Assembly: GCA_965215005.1 (NCBI GenBank)
Contig: CBDCCZ010000010.1
Location: 156,063 to 220,062, forward strand
DNA length: 64,000 bases
Direction of reading: 5' to 3'
DNA from: Kofleriaceae bacterium
Lineage (GTDB): Bacteria > Myxococcota_A > Polyangia > Haliangiales > Haliangiaceae
The notes below the pieces were generated by a model. That model did no database searches. It saw only the letters and a program-made list of their open reading frames with translations, and was not told the DNA's origin. Below, in pieces: positions 10,403-19,380 of this stretch. Each line of letters opens with the position of its first letter. The stretch's first letter is position 1. The position numbers and the translations under genes were made by a program.

Positions 10403-12070
10403 TTAGGCTCCAGTCTTGGGGGCGGCGCGAAAGCGAAATACTCGGCTCTGAACCAATCGCTCGACCAGCTCGCGAATCGGAGCACCGTCGAGCGATGCTT
10501 GCGTCAGCTCGTCTACAAACGGCGCATCGGTGGCAGCGACGCCGCGACCAGTGGCGTACTCGAAGAGGTGCGAGATGTAACAGGAGTGCACCTCGGGCGC
10601 CTCGGCGAGCTGCCAGCTCAAGTCGACGCCGTCTTGGAAGCTAATGCTGCGGCCATCGGCGAATTCGTAGGTGTCGGCAGCGTTTACCGGCAGTCCGCTC
10701 TCTTCGGTGCGGAATCTACCAACCGCGTCGTAGCCTTCGAGCGCAAAGCCTACGGGATTGATCATGCTGCCGTGGCACGCCTCGCCGCAGGTGCCTGGAC
10801 CGGTGAGGCTGTTGACCCGTTCGCGATTGGTATCGCCAACCGCCATCAGGTCGTCGGGCAGATTCGGTACCGCAGAGAGCGGTCGGCAGAGAATGTTGAG
10901 ATTGATGAACACACCGCGGTGGATGGGATCGGATTCACGAGCGGTTGCGTTCTTGGCGAGAAATCCGAGCCGGGTGAGAATGCCCGCTCGCTGCAAGCCA
11001 TCGAGCTCCACCTCCACCAGCTCGTCGCCGAAGTCGCCTTCGAGACCGTAGAGCGGCGCCAGGTCGGCATTCACAAACGCGGTCGTCGAGGTGAGGATGT
11101 CGGCAATGCTGCCTTCGCTGTCGAAGATGATGTTTTCGAGGAACCTCTGCGCCTCGTCCTGCATCGACTCGCCAATCTGCCGACGCCACGACTCGTACAC
11201 CTCGTCGCTCTTGTCGAGGTCGGCGTAGTCGCGCATCTCGTAGGCTTGGAAGTGAAAGCCGGCGAAGGCGCGCCGGGTGCGCGGGTCATCGAGCATCCGC
11301 CGCGTTTGCGCTTGCACGCCCTCGGCGGTCTCTAGAGCGCCCTCGGCGGCCGCCGCAAACAGCGCATCGTCGGGCATGGTGTTCCAGAGCAGGTACGCGA
11401 GCCGGGTGGCGACCTCATAGCCCGAAAGCGCAACGGCGCCGTCCTTCACGTCGCTCGAAAGCTCGGCGCGATAGATGAAGAACGGCGACTGCAGCATCGA
11501 GGCGACGACGTGCCGAACTCCGGCAACGCTTGCGTCGAGCTCGGGATAATGCGCCGTGCCCGCCTCGAATTGCGCCACGTAGCGCTCAATCTCAGCGGCC
11601 GCGAGCGGACGACGGAACGCGCGCATGCCGAAGCGCTCCACGAAGGCGCTGGCGCGCGCCTCACCCTCCGGAAGATCGGCCGTGAGCGCGGCGCGCAGCG
11701 ACTCGTCTTCGGTCACGCGCGCGGCCATCTGCTCGGCCGCCACTTGATAGTCCCGCCACTGACCGGAGCTGACCTTGAGCCGGTCGATGTTGTTCTCGAA
11801 TCGGCCTAGCGGCGGATCGGCATCGAAGGAACCGGCCAACCCTGGCGCCTGGGGCAAGCCGAACAGGTCTTGTACGGTGTTCTCCCACTGCGCGTGAGTG
11901 AGACGCGGAAACCGGCTCAGCTCGGCAACGACGGTGTCACGGTCGGCCTCGCCACCGCTACCGCTACCGCCCGGCCCCTCGCCAGGTCCAAAGATGCGGC
12001 CGTCGCAGCCAGCGCCAGTCGCCAGGAGCGCACCGAGGAGAACGGATGCCAGATGTTGCTTTAAATCCAT
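10403..12070 (-). CDS. DUF1592/DUF1588/DUF1595/DUF1585 multidomain lipoprotein
   Basis: RLT..QWENTVQDL, AFRRPL, LQSPFFIYR, LSGYEVATRLAYLLWNTMPDDAL, RAGILT, PIHRG, CH..INPVGFALEGYDAVGRFR. Start at MDLKQ is supported by the upstream sigma-54 motif. Confidence 0.9.
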   Translation of the reverse strand: MDLKQHLASVLLGALLATGAGCDGRIFGPGEGPGGSGSGGEADRDTVVAELSRFPRLTHAQWENTVQDLFGLPQAPGLAGSFDADPPLGRFENNIDRLKVSSGQWRDYQVAAEQMAARVTEDESLRAALTADLPEGEARASAFVERFGMRAFRRPLAAAEIERYVAQFEAGTAHYPELDASVAGVRHVVASMLQSPFFIYRAELSSDVKDGAVALSGYEVATRLAYLLWNTMPDDALFAAAAEGALETAEGVQAQTRRMLDDPRTRRAFAGFHFQAYEMRDYADLDKSDEVYESWRRQIGESMQDEAQRFLENIIFDSEGSIADILTSTTAFVNADLAPLYGLEGDFGDELVEVELDGLQRAGILTRLGFLAKNATARESDPIHRGVFINLNILCRPLSAVPNLPDDLMAVGDTNRERVNSLTGPGTCGEACHGSMINPVGFALEGYDAVGRFRTEESGLPVNAADTYEFADGRSISFQDGVDLSWQLAEAPEVHSCYISHLFEYATGRGVAATDAPFVDELTQASLDGAPIRELVERLVQSRVFRFRAAPKTGA

Positions 12071-12105
12071 GGGAGCTCGCACCTCTTGGTTCGGCGTCCC
12101 TAATG

Positions 12106-12120
12106 GCAAGCGCGGTGCCA
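12106..12120 (-). promoter_or_regulatory. Sigma-54 (-24/-12) promoter for the DUF1592-DUF1552 operon
   Basis: Minus strand reads TGGCACCGCGCTTGC (GG-N10-GC, near-consensus), 36 nt before ATG 12070. Confidence 0.7.
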
Positions 12121-12281
12121 GCGGCTTCACGCCCGCAACTACACGGCTTTTGCGCTGCTAGTCGCGTACCCGTGGGAGAATGCACCCCCCATGCGAGGGG
12201 TGCGGCCCCAGAGCCGAGGTGAGCGCAGCGGGGCGCGGGGCAGCGCCGCTCCGCCAACCGCGCCCTTGGCGGCAACAGCGG

Positions 12282-13619
12282 CTACGGCTGGCGGCGATCG
12301 CCGTGGAACGTCGCGCCCTCGAGCGGCGCGCCCTGCCCGGCTACCCGCACCTGTCCTTCCCAGCTACCACGACGAAGTACATCGACCTGGCGATCGCCAT
12401 CGTCGTCGAGCACCTCGGCCTTACCCGCGATGGCCAGCTCGATCCCGGCAGCATCGAGGCTGGCGATGCGCTCGTGAACCGTCGCTGCTGCGGCATCGAG
12501 AGCTAGCGTGCAAGCGCCGGCATACAGGCGTGGAGAGCCGATCCCGAGCTGATCGGCGATCGCCTGGCCCACTTGCTGGCAATTGATTAGCGACGCAAGC
12601 AGGCTGGGGAGATCGGAAGCGCGGTCGTCGATGCGCGGGATGATGACATCCTCGAGCGCGGCTAGCAGCAGCGCTCCGTACGACAGCGACAGCGAATGGT
12701 CATCGAGGTGGACGCGCGCTTCCTCTTCCAGCATGCAGCCGATGCCTTCACTGCTCACCTCGCCCATGCCGAGCTCGCTGGCGGCGTAGCGATGCATCAC
12801 GCCGTCGAGCTCGAAGTGGGCGCCGGTGATCGCGTGACTTGCAGTAAGACCGTCGTCGACCGCGGCGATGGTGAGCGCCGAGTCGGTTCCGAAGCGCCGA
12901 GCCACCTGCCCCAAGTCGTCGCCAAGCGCCACGAGATGGGCGATTGCATCGGGCGCCACCGATAGCAGCACTTCATTGAGAATCGCATCGAGCGCTGGCC
13001 GGGCAGCCCGCAACAGCTGCTCGATCGCGCGGTTGTTGATCTGACTCTGGGTGACGTCTAGCAGCCAGGTTGCCGGATCGTACGGATCGTCGGTCATCTC
13101 AAGGAAGCCGTTGATGACGTCGCCGGCAGCGCCTGGAATGCCGCTAACCAGATCGAGCTCGCTCGCTACCTCATACGTCCCCACCACCGAGAGCGGCACC
13201 GGCACGGTCACCGCGACCGTCCATTCGACCTCGGCGGCTTCGGCGGCGGAGGCGCGCACGCGGAAGGCGGCCTCTTGCATATCGCCGGCGGCGAGCTGCA
13301 CGGTGGCCACGCCATCGGCTCCCGTGACCGCGCTCGCGGCACCTAAAGTGGCCCCGCCGGCGGCACCTACCAGCTCGAAGCTGACCTCGCCCGCGAGCGG
13401 CCCGCCGTCGCCAGAGTGATAGCGAACCGACAGCTGGTGGGCCGAGCCGGCGTCGAGGAAGACGTTGGCGTCGCCGACGATGGTGAGGCTTGCAGTCCCT
13501 GGCTCTGCACCAGAGCCTCCCGCATCGCCATCGGCGTGGCTGTCGGAGTCGCCGCAGCCGCTTGCCAGCAGCAACGTGAACAGAATCGCAAAGGAAGAGG
13601 AAAAGGAATAGGATTTCAT
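12282..13619 (-). CDS. Secreted lipoprotein with Ig-like (Big_1-type) domain
   Basis: Signal peptide and LASGC lipobox; VSFELVG...AVTGADGVATVQL Ig-like pattern. Confidence 0.65.
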   Translation of the reverse strand: MKSYSFSSSFAILFTLLLASGCGDSDSHADGDAGGSGAEPGTASLTIVGDANVFLDAGSAHQLSVRYHSGDGGPLAGEVSFELVGAAGGATLGAASAVTGADGVATVQLAAGDMQEAAFRVRASAAEAAEVEWTVAVTVPVPLSVVGTYEVASELDLVSGIPGAAGDVINGFLEMTDDPYDPATWLLDVTQSQINNRAIEQLLRAARPALDAILNEVLLSVAPDAIAHLVALGDDLGQVARRFGTDSALTIAAVDDGLTASHAITGAHFELDGVMHRYAASELGMGEVSSEGIGCMLEEEARVHLDDHSLSLSYGALLLAALEDVIIPRIDDRASDLPSLLASLINCQQVGQAIADQLGIGSPRLYAGACTLALDAAAATVHERIASLDAAGIELAIAGKAEVLDDDGDRQVDVLRRGSWEGQVRVAGQGAPLEGATFHGDRRQP

Positions 13620-13653
13620 AGCGCTGCCCCCTGTTGGTTGCGAGGCGCACACT

Positions 13654-13668
13654 GCAGCCGGTATGCCA
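13654..13668 (-). promoter_or_regulatory. Candidate sigma-54 promoter for the Ig-like lipoprotein
   Basis: Minus strand reads TGGCATACCGGCTGC (GG-N10-GC), ~35 nt before ATG 13619. Confidence 0.5.
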
Positions 13669-13788
13669 CACCGGCCTACAACAATGCCGCGGACTTACAC
13701 CGACCCTCCCACTAGCCGGGGACAGAAGACCCGGATGGAGGAGCAGCCGCTACGGAGAAGGTGGGGTCTTCACACCGATGCGCGCTCC

Positions 13789-14340
13789 TCAGCGTTTGGC
13801 GAGCAGCTCGTCGAGCCTGAGCACCGGCCGCAGCGGCTTCGCCAAACGGAGGATCTCGACCGCCACGCCATCGAAGCGCTCGATTCGCTGGCCACCGTCG
13901 GCGACCAAGCCAAGGGTTTCATAAAAGCGCCGCGCGGGGGCGTTGCCGGCAACCACCCAGAGAACCAGCCATCGCCAGCCCTGCCGCTCGAGCGCGGCAC
14001 ACGCCGTTTGCATCAGCTGGCGGCCTGCGCCCCGCTGCGTCGCCTGTGGATGAACGTACAGCATGCGGATCTCACCGGCGAAGTCCGCATGCGCCCGCTC
14101 GTGACAGGGCCCAAAGGTCACGAACCCAACCAGCTCGTCATCGAGCATCGCCACCCGAACGCTGCTGCAGCCGGCCGCCGAGGACAATCGCTGTCGCCAC
14201 GTCCGCGCCAGCTCCGAGGCGGAGAGTCGCGCTAGATAGGTTGCCGGCAGCAGCCCGCGGCCATAGGCAGCGCGCCAGCTCGCCACGTGCACCCGTGCAA
14301 GCGCCTCTGCGGCGCTCTCATTGGGCACACCTACAATCAT
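13789..14340 (-). CDS. GNAT family N-acetyltransferase
   Basis: VHVASWRAAY, LYVHPQATQRGAGRQL (motif A) and LWV..GN.PARRFYE.LG. Confidence 0.9.
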   Translation of the reverse strand: MIVGVPNESAAEALARVHVASWRAAYGRGLLPATYLARLSASELARTWRQRLSSAAGCSSVRVAMLDDELVGFVTFGPCHERAHADFAGEIRMLYVHPQATQRGAGRQLMQTACAALERQGWRWLVLWVVAGNAPARRFYETLGLVADGGQRIERFDGVAVEILRLAKPLRPVLRLDELLAKR

Positions 14341-14391
14341 GAGGAACGCTAGCGCAACCCGCGGCTCGCGCCCAGCCGCGCCAGGCGTCTG

Positions 14392-14540
14392 CTAGTGATT
14401 CACGGCGGAAGTCGTGAACCGCTAGCAAAACAACAATCGCTTTGGTAGCCGCCGAGGGGGCGTGTGAGGAGCAGAAATATGCGCCCTTGCCCCGCATCGG
14501 GGCGGCGGATTTCTGCATCATCAATCCCGCGGCGTACTAG
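14392..14540 (+). repeat. ~150-bp structured repeat, copy A (MITE/REP-like or ncRNA)
   Basis: Inverted homolog of 16207-16359; bounded by CTAG...CTAG; contains two long hairpins. Confidence 0.85.
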
Positions 14541-14552
14541 TGTCGCCTGCTG

Positions 14553-15086
14553 ATGGCTGTCGACTGGACTGGCTACCGCCCATTCGATCCCGGCGTCTAC
14601 GAGCCACTCAAGCGGGTTCCCCGCGAGCAAGCGCAAGCGCATTTCGAGCGGCTGATGGCGGCGCGGAGCGAGCGGCGTCAAGCCCTGGCGGCGCTGGTGC
14701 TGCGCGCCGGCGTTGCCCTTGGCCCCACCGACGTCGACCTCGCCGCCTTGTGCGCGTGGTTCATCGACGAGGTTGAGCATCTACCGAGTGAGCCCGACAG
14801 CCCGACTCCCATCTGGCAAGCGGTGATCGTCGACATTGCCCTGCACTTGGGCGAGATCCTCATCGAGCGCCAGCCTCACCTTCGTTGGCAGCTCTACACC
14901 CACCTGGCGAAAGCTCATGGCTACCAGCGGCCCACCATCGTCGGGTTTCGCGGCGTGACCGACCCGTTCTATTACGTCGATCCGGGGCATCTCGTCGCCG
15001 CCTTCGCCGCGCTCGTCGCCCGCAAGCGGCCGGTCAAGCGCGACTACTTCGCCTATCTGGTGCGGCGCGCTGCGCAAGCCGCATAA
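14553..15086 (+). CDS. Hypothetical protein
   Basis: Clean ORF with coding-like composition; 9 nt upstream of the next gene. Confidence 0.65.
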   Translation: MAVDWTGYRPFDPGVYEPLKRVPREQAQAHFERLMAARSERRQALAALVLRAGVALGPTDVDLAALCAWFIDEVEHLPSEPDSPTPIWQAVIVDIALHLGEILIERQPHLRWQLYTHLAKAHGYQRPTIVGFRGVTDPFYYVDPGHLVAAFAALVARKRPVKRDYFAYLVRRAAQAA

Positions 15087-15095
15087 TCTGCCGGC

Positions 15096-15371
15096 ATGGA
15101 CTGGAAGCTGTTCTTCACCACCTTTGGCACCATATTTTTGGCGGAGATGGGCGACAAGACGCAGCTTGCCGCCATGGGATTTGCCGCGGGAAATTCGTCG
15201 CGCTGGGTCGTCTTCGCAGCCGCGGCGCTCGCGCTCGTCGCAACCACCGCACTCGCCGTGCTCACCGGCGATTTCGTCGCGCGACACGTCCCACCGCTGT
15301 GGATCAAGCGCGGCGCCGGGGCGTTGTTCGTAATTCTCGGGGTCCTGCTGCTTGCGTCGTCCGAAGCCTAA
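15096..15371 (+). CDS. TMEM165/GDT1 (UPF0016) family Mn2+/Ca2+ transporter half-protein
   Basis: IFLAEMGDKTQL signature (E-x-G-D-K-T); three hydrophobic helices. Confidence 0.93.
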   Translation: MDWKLFFTTFGTIFLAEMGDKTQLAAMGFAAGNSSRWVVFAAAALALVATTALAVLTGDFVARHVPPLWIKRGAGALFVILGVLLLASSEA

Positions 15372-15451
15372 TCGCTCGTGACTTGCAGTAGCGGCACTGA
15401 AGCGTGCGCACAAGCGCTCAAGTTTCATGAGCAGAGTGCTAAAACCGGCGC

Positions 15452-16210
15452 ATGTGGGACCTGTCGATCTTCGCCTCCGCCGATACCTGGATTGCGCTGC
15501 TGACTCTGGCGGCGCTCGAAATCGTCCTCGGCATCGACAACATCGTTTTCATCTCGATTCTCACCGACAAACTGCCCGTCGAGCAGCAGCCCCGCGCCCG
15601 CTCGATCGGGTTGATGCTTGCGCTCGGGAGTCGGCTCGGTCTGCTGTTTGCGATCAACTGGGTCATGGGCTTGACTGCGCCGCTCTTCTCCCTCTTCGCG
15701 CAGGAAATCAGCGGCCGCGATTTGATCCTCGGCATCGGCGGACTGTTCCTCATCGGCAAGGCGACGCATGAAATCTTTGCCAAGCTCGAGGTCTCCGACG
15801 AGGACCAGACCGTCCGCCCCCGCGCCTCGTATGGGCTGGTCCTGGCGCAGATCATCCTCCTCGACGTCGTCTTCTCCCTCGACTCGGTCATCACCGCGGT
15901 GGGCATGGCCGAAGAGCTCCTCGTCATGGTTCTGGCGATGGTCGCTGCCGTGGGCGTGATGCTGGCCTTCGCAGGCGCCATTGCCGGTTTCGTCAACCGT
16001 CACCCGAGCATGAAGATCCTCGCGCTCAGCTTCCTCTTAATGATCGGCGTGATGCTTTGTGCCGAGTCGCTTGGGCAGCACATCAACAAAGGCTACATCT
16101 ACTTTGCGATGGGCTTCTCACTGTTGGTCGAGATCGTCAACCTGCGACTGCGGAAGAAACAGCTTGCGGTCAAGCTCCATCAAGGATCACCGCGGCCCTC
16201 CGCTAACTAG
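15452..16210 (+). CDS. TerC family membrane protein
   Basis: LEIVLGIDN, DVVFSLDSVITAVGM and KGYIYFAMGFS signatures. Confidence 0.95.
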   Translation: MWDLSIFASADTWIALLTLAALEIVLGIDNIVFISILTDKLPVEQQPRARSIGLMLALGSRLGLLFAINWVMGLTAPLFSLFAQEISGRDLILGIGGLFLIGKATHEIFAKLEVSDEDQTVRPRASYGLVLAQIILLDVVFSLDSVITAVGMAEELLVMVLAMVAAVGVMLAFAGAIAGFVNRHPSMKILALSFLLMIGVMLCAESLGQHINKGYIYFAMGFSLLVEIVNLRLRKKQLAVKLHQGSPRPSAN

Positions 16211-16359
16211 TACGCCGCCGCGGGACTTATGGCGCAGAAATCCGCCGCCCGGATGCGGGCAAGGGCGGCAGATTTCCGCTACTCACGCGCCCCATTCGGC
16301 GTCTTCCCAAGCGATTGTTGCTTTGCTAGCGGTTCACGACTTCCGCCGTGAACCACTAA
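16207..16359 (-). repeat. ~150-bp structured repeat, copy B (inverted relative to copy A)
   Basis: Reverse complement aligns to 14392-14540, including a 31-nt identical block TTCACGGCGGAAGTCGTGAACCGCTAGCAAA. Confidence 0.85.
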
Positions 16360-16491
16360 GCGGCCGTGCCGAACCGTCACGACGAGTTGCAAAAGGCAAC
16401 GTCGAGTCGGCGATCAGCGGCCAAAGAAGCCGCAGCGCTGTTGTTTCCGCGTGCTTGGACGGGGCACGCAACTTGAACCACCTCGCCTTCG

Positions 16492-19002
16492 GTGATGAAC
16501 GGGAACGCAACAGTCGGTTGGCTTTTTCCTCTGCTGGCAGGCGCAATGGCTTGTGATCCCCAAGAGCCGCGCGGCACGTCCAGCCCCGACGACGCAGAGC
16601 CAACGGCCTGCGTCGTCGCGGATACCAATGCGCTGCGCTACGACGAGCACCTCGTATCGGTGGCGATCAGCGGCGGCAGCCAACGCACGTATTCGCTGCA
16701 AAGCACAGCGCCGCAACGCGATGACGCCGCCTCCGCTCGCACCGTAGCAGAGCCGCGCGGAGCGATGCGCCTGCGCAGCGGCCACGTGCTCTTCGACGCC
16801 CTATTCGCGTTGGCCTTGCACGAAAGCCGTGAAGCGAGCGTCGCCTTCATCAACGACGGCAGCTTTGCGAATAATGATGCCATCGCCTGTGAATGCTTCG
16901 AAACCGGCGAGCAGTGGACCTACGTGTGGACGCGCGACACCGCGTACTCGGTCGACCTCGGCCTCGCCCTCACCGATCCGCAGCGCGCAGCAAACTCGCT
17001 GCTATTTAAGCTCTCCCGCCCCAAAGGCGGCGGCGAGCGCGCGATCGTTCAGGATACTGGCACCGGCGGCAGCTGGCCGGTTTCGACCGACCGGGCCATT
17101 TGGGCGCTAGGAGCACGCGCCGTGCTGGCCACCTTGGATGCTCCAGAACGGCAGCGTTTTCGCGACGCCGCGCTCGAAGCGCTGCGAACCACCATCGCCG
17201 AGGATCGCCGTTACGTATTTGATGAGCACGACGGTCTCTATCGCGGCGAGCAGTCGTTTCTCGATTGGCGCGAGCAGAGCTATCCACGCTGGACGGCAAC
17301 CGACCCGGTGCACATCGCGATGTCGAAGTCGCTTTCCACCAACGTCGCGCACCTGATTCTTCTCGAGCTAGCCGCTGCGTTGGCCGACGAGACCAGTGCC
17401 ACCAGCGAGGCCGCTCGCTACCGCGACTGGGCACAGGCACTGCGTACCGCGATTGTCGGCGGGCTATGGCAAGGGGATCATTTTTCCGCGCTACTGACGA
17501 CCTGGCTCGATCCCGCTCCAGTGGGCCGGCTCGATCTGCTCGGCAGCTCACTCGCCGTCCTCGAAGGCGTCGGCGACGCCAACATGGCGCGCCAGGCAAT
17601 CGCACAGCATCCGCACAGCCTCGGCGGCCCGCCAGTGCTGTGGCCCCAGCAGCCCGACGTGCCCATCTATCACAATCGCGCCGCATGGCCGTTCGTCACC
17701 GCCTATGCGCTGCTCGCCGCGCGCCAAGCCGAAAATCCAGCCGTGTTTACTGCCGCCGCCCGAGCGTTGGTACGCGGCGCAGCGCTCAATCTGAGCAATA
17801 TGGAAAATCTCGAGCATCGAAGCGGCGCACCTTGGGTGGACGATGGACCGCTGTCGGGCCCGGTGGTGAACTCGCGACGGCAGCTGTGGTCAGTGGCTGG
17901 ATACGTCGGCATGGTCGCGCGCGGCCTGTTCGGCATCGAGCTCGCTCCAAGCCACCTCACCGTGCGGCCGTTCGTGCCGTTTGCACTGCGACGGCAGTGG
18001 TTTGGCGCGGCTTCCGAGCTCACCCTGTACGCGCTGCCCTATCACGGCCGCCGGATCGATATCACTCTCGAGCTGCCGCCGTGCGCAGCGGGCGAGGGCT
18101 ACTACGCGTTCGACCATGCCGTCCTCGATGGAGCGCCCGTCGATGGGCCGGTGTTTCCGCGCGATGCACTGCACGACGGCAGCACGCTGCGTATCGTCCT
18201 CCGTTCTGTGCCCACCGAGGCGACGCCGGTTCGTACTACACCAACCGATCGGCAAGGCGCGTTCGCACCGCGTGAGCCGCTCCTGCGCCCGGTGTGGCGT
18301 GACGGGGATGATCTCGTCCTCGAGTGGCAGGCGAGCGAGGACCGCGGGCTTGGCTACCACGTCTATCGCGATGGAGTGCAGGTCGCAGAGCTTGGCGCTA
18401 CGAGCTGGCGTGACGTTGGAGCCGCCACAGCCGGTGCCCCGTGTTATGTCGTCGAAGCCGAATTTCTGGCCAGCGGCAATCGTTCCCATCACTCGCGACC
18501 GCAGTGCTATTGGGGAGAGCGCGGCGAGCGCGTCATGGAAGTGGATGCCCGCGCCTTCAGCGCCACCGGCGGCACGCTGTCGCAGCAATATGGGCGCTGG
18601 CATTATCAGCAATGGGGCGCGCCGCAAGACGCCCTCACCGCCAGCGTTGCGGCGACTAGCAGCGGCGAGCACCTCGTGCAAGCGGTCTACGGCAATGGCG
18701 CCGGATCAGTGACCACCGGCATCACCACCGCGGTGAAGTGGCTGCGCGTCATCGACGACGACAGCGGCGAGCTTGCCGGCGAAGGGCCGCTGATCATGCC
18801 GCAGCTCGGCAGCTGGGACCTTTGGGCGGAGTCGAGCTTCGTGCGCGCCTCGCTCCTCGCCGGGCGCCGCTATCGCCTCGAGCTCACCGACGGCCGCAAC
18901 ATGTCCTATCTCGACCACTTCACCCGTTACAACGGCGCGGGCGGCGGATCTAGCCCCTACAACCAGGTCAACGTCGCCGCCTTGCGAGTCCTCGCCCGCT
19001 GA
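16492..19002 (+). CDS. Six-hairpin glycosidase-like (MGH1/GDE-like) secreted lipoprotein
   Basis: AMAC lipobox; W.YVWTRD.AY, DTGTGGSWPVSTDR, GEQSFLDWREQSYP, YHNRAAWPFV and NSRRQLWS. Confidence 0.75.
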   Translation: MMNGNATVGWLFPLLAGAMACDPQEPRGTSSPDDAEPTACVVADTNALRYDEHLVSVAISGGSQRTYSLQSTAPQRDDAASARTVAEPRGAMRLRSGHVLFDALFALALHESREASVAFINDGSFANNDAIACECFETGEQWTYVWTRDTAYSVDLGLALTDPQRAANSLLFKLSRPKGGGERAIVQDTGTGGSWPVSTDRAIWALGARAVLATLDAPERQRFRDAALEALRTTIAEDRRYVFDEHDGLYRGEQSFLDWREQSYPRWTATDPVHIAMSKSLSTNVAHLILLELAAALADETSATSEAARYRDWAQALRTAIVGGLWQGDHFSALLTTWLDPAPVGRLDLLGSSLAVLEGVGDANMARQAIAQHPHSLGGPPVLWPQQPDVPIYHNRAAWPFVTAYALLAARQAENPAVFTAAARALVRGAALNLSNMENLEHRSGAPWVDDGPLSGPVVNSRRQLWSVAGYVGMVARGLFGIELAPSHLTVRPFVPFALRRQWFGAASELTLYALPYHGRRIDITLELPPCAAGEGYYAFDHAVLDGAPVDGPVFPRDALHDGSTLRIVLRSVPTEATPVRTTPTDRQGAFAPREPLLRPVWRDGDDLVLEWQASEDRGLGYHVYRDGVQVAELGATSWRDVGAATAGAPCYVVEAEFLASGNRSHHSRPQCYWGERGERVMEVDARAFSATGGTLSQQYGRWHYQQWGAPQDALTASVAATSSGEHLVQAVYGNGAGSVTTGITTAVKWLRVIDDDSGELAGEGPLIMPQLGSWDLWAESSFVRASLLAGRRYRLELTDGRNMSYLDHFTRYNGAGGGSSPYNQVNVAALRVLAR

Positions 19003-19122
19003 TCTTTGGACAACTTTCCCCGGTGGGCGCTTTTGCGCACGCTAGCGAGCCCGCCGAAGCCGGCGCCTCGGCCTCGCGCGGCGTTCCCGCACGCGTACGC
19101 AGCGGCTGTTCGCGGAAGCGAC

Positions 19123-19137
19123 TGGCATGTCACTTGC
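19123..19137 (+). promoter_or_regulatory. Sigma-54 promoter
   Basis: TGGCATGTCACTTGC (GG-N10-GC, near-consensus), ending 13 nt before ATG 19151. Confidence 0.6.
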
Positions 19138-19150
19138 GAGCGTTCGCTTC

Positions 19151-19339
19151 ATGCATTGGATCTTCTGGCTCGCCCTCGCCGTTGTCTTGGCTGCCTTCGC
19201 GGCACTTACCGGCGTCAAGCCGAGCGACACCAAACCCGTTGCGCGTACGAGTCTTATGCACGCCGGCCGCATCGTCTTGCTCATCGCCGCGGCGTTGGTG
19301 GCCGTATTCGCCTTGATCAGCGCGTTCGCAGCGGCATAG
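19151..19339 (+). CDS. Small two-helix membrane protein
   Basis: MHWIFWLALAVVLAAFAALTG...GRIVLLIAAALVAVFALISAF; two hydrophobic segments; sits between the promoter and the PRODH gene. Confidence 0.6.
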   Translation: MHWIFWLALAVVLAAFAALTGVKPSDTKPVARTSLMHAGRIVLLIAAALVAVFALISAFAAA

Positions 19340-19380
19340 CGGCACGCCACGCGATCTGTCGTAGAGTGCCCGCCCAAGCC

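Noticed and set aside
14392..14540. yybP-ykoY Mn riboswitch upstream of TMEM165/TerC
   Set aside because: I could not identify its conserved loops by eye, and a second copy lies antisense downstream; an Rfam scan is needed before calling it.
16462..16477. Sigma-54-like motif upstream of the glycosidase gene (GGCACGCAACTTGA)
   Set aside because: The conserved -12 GC reads GA, so support is too weak.
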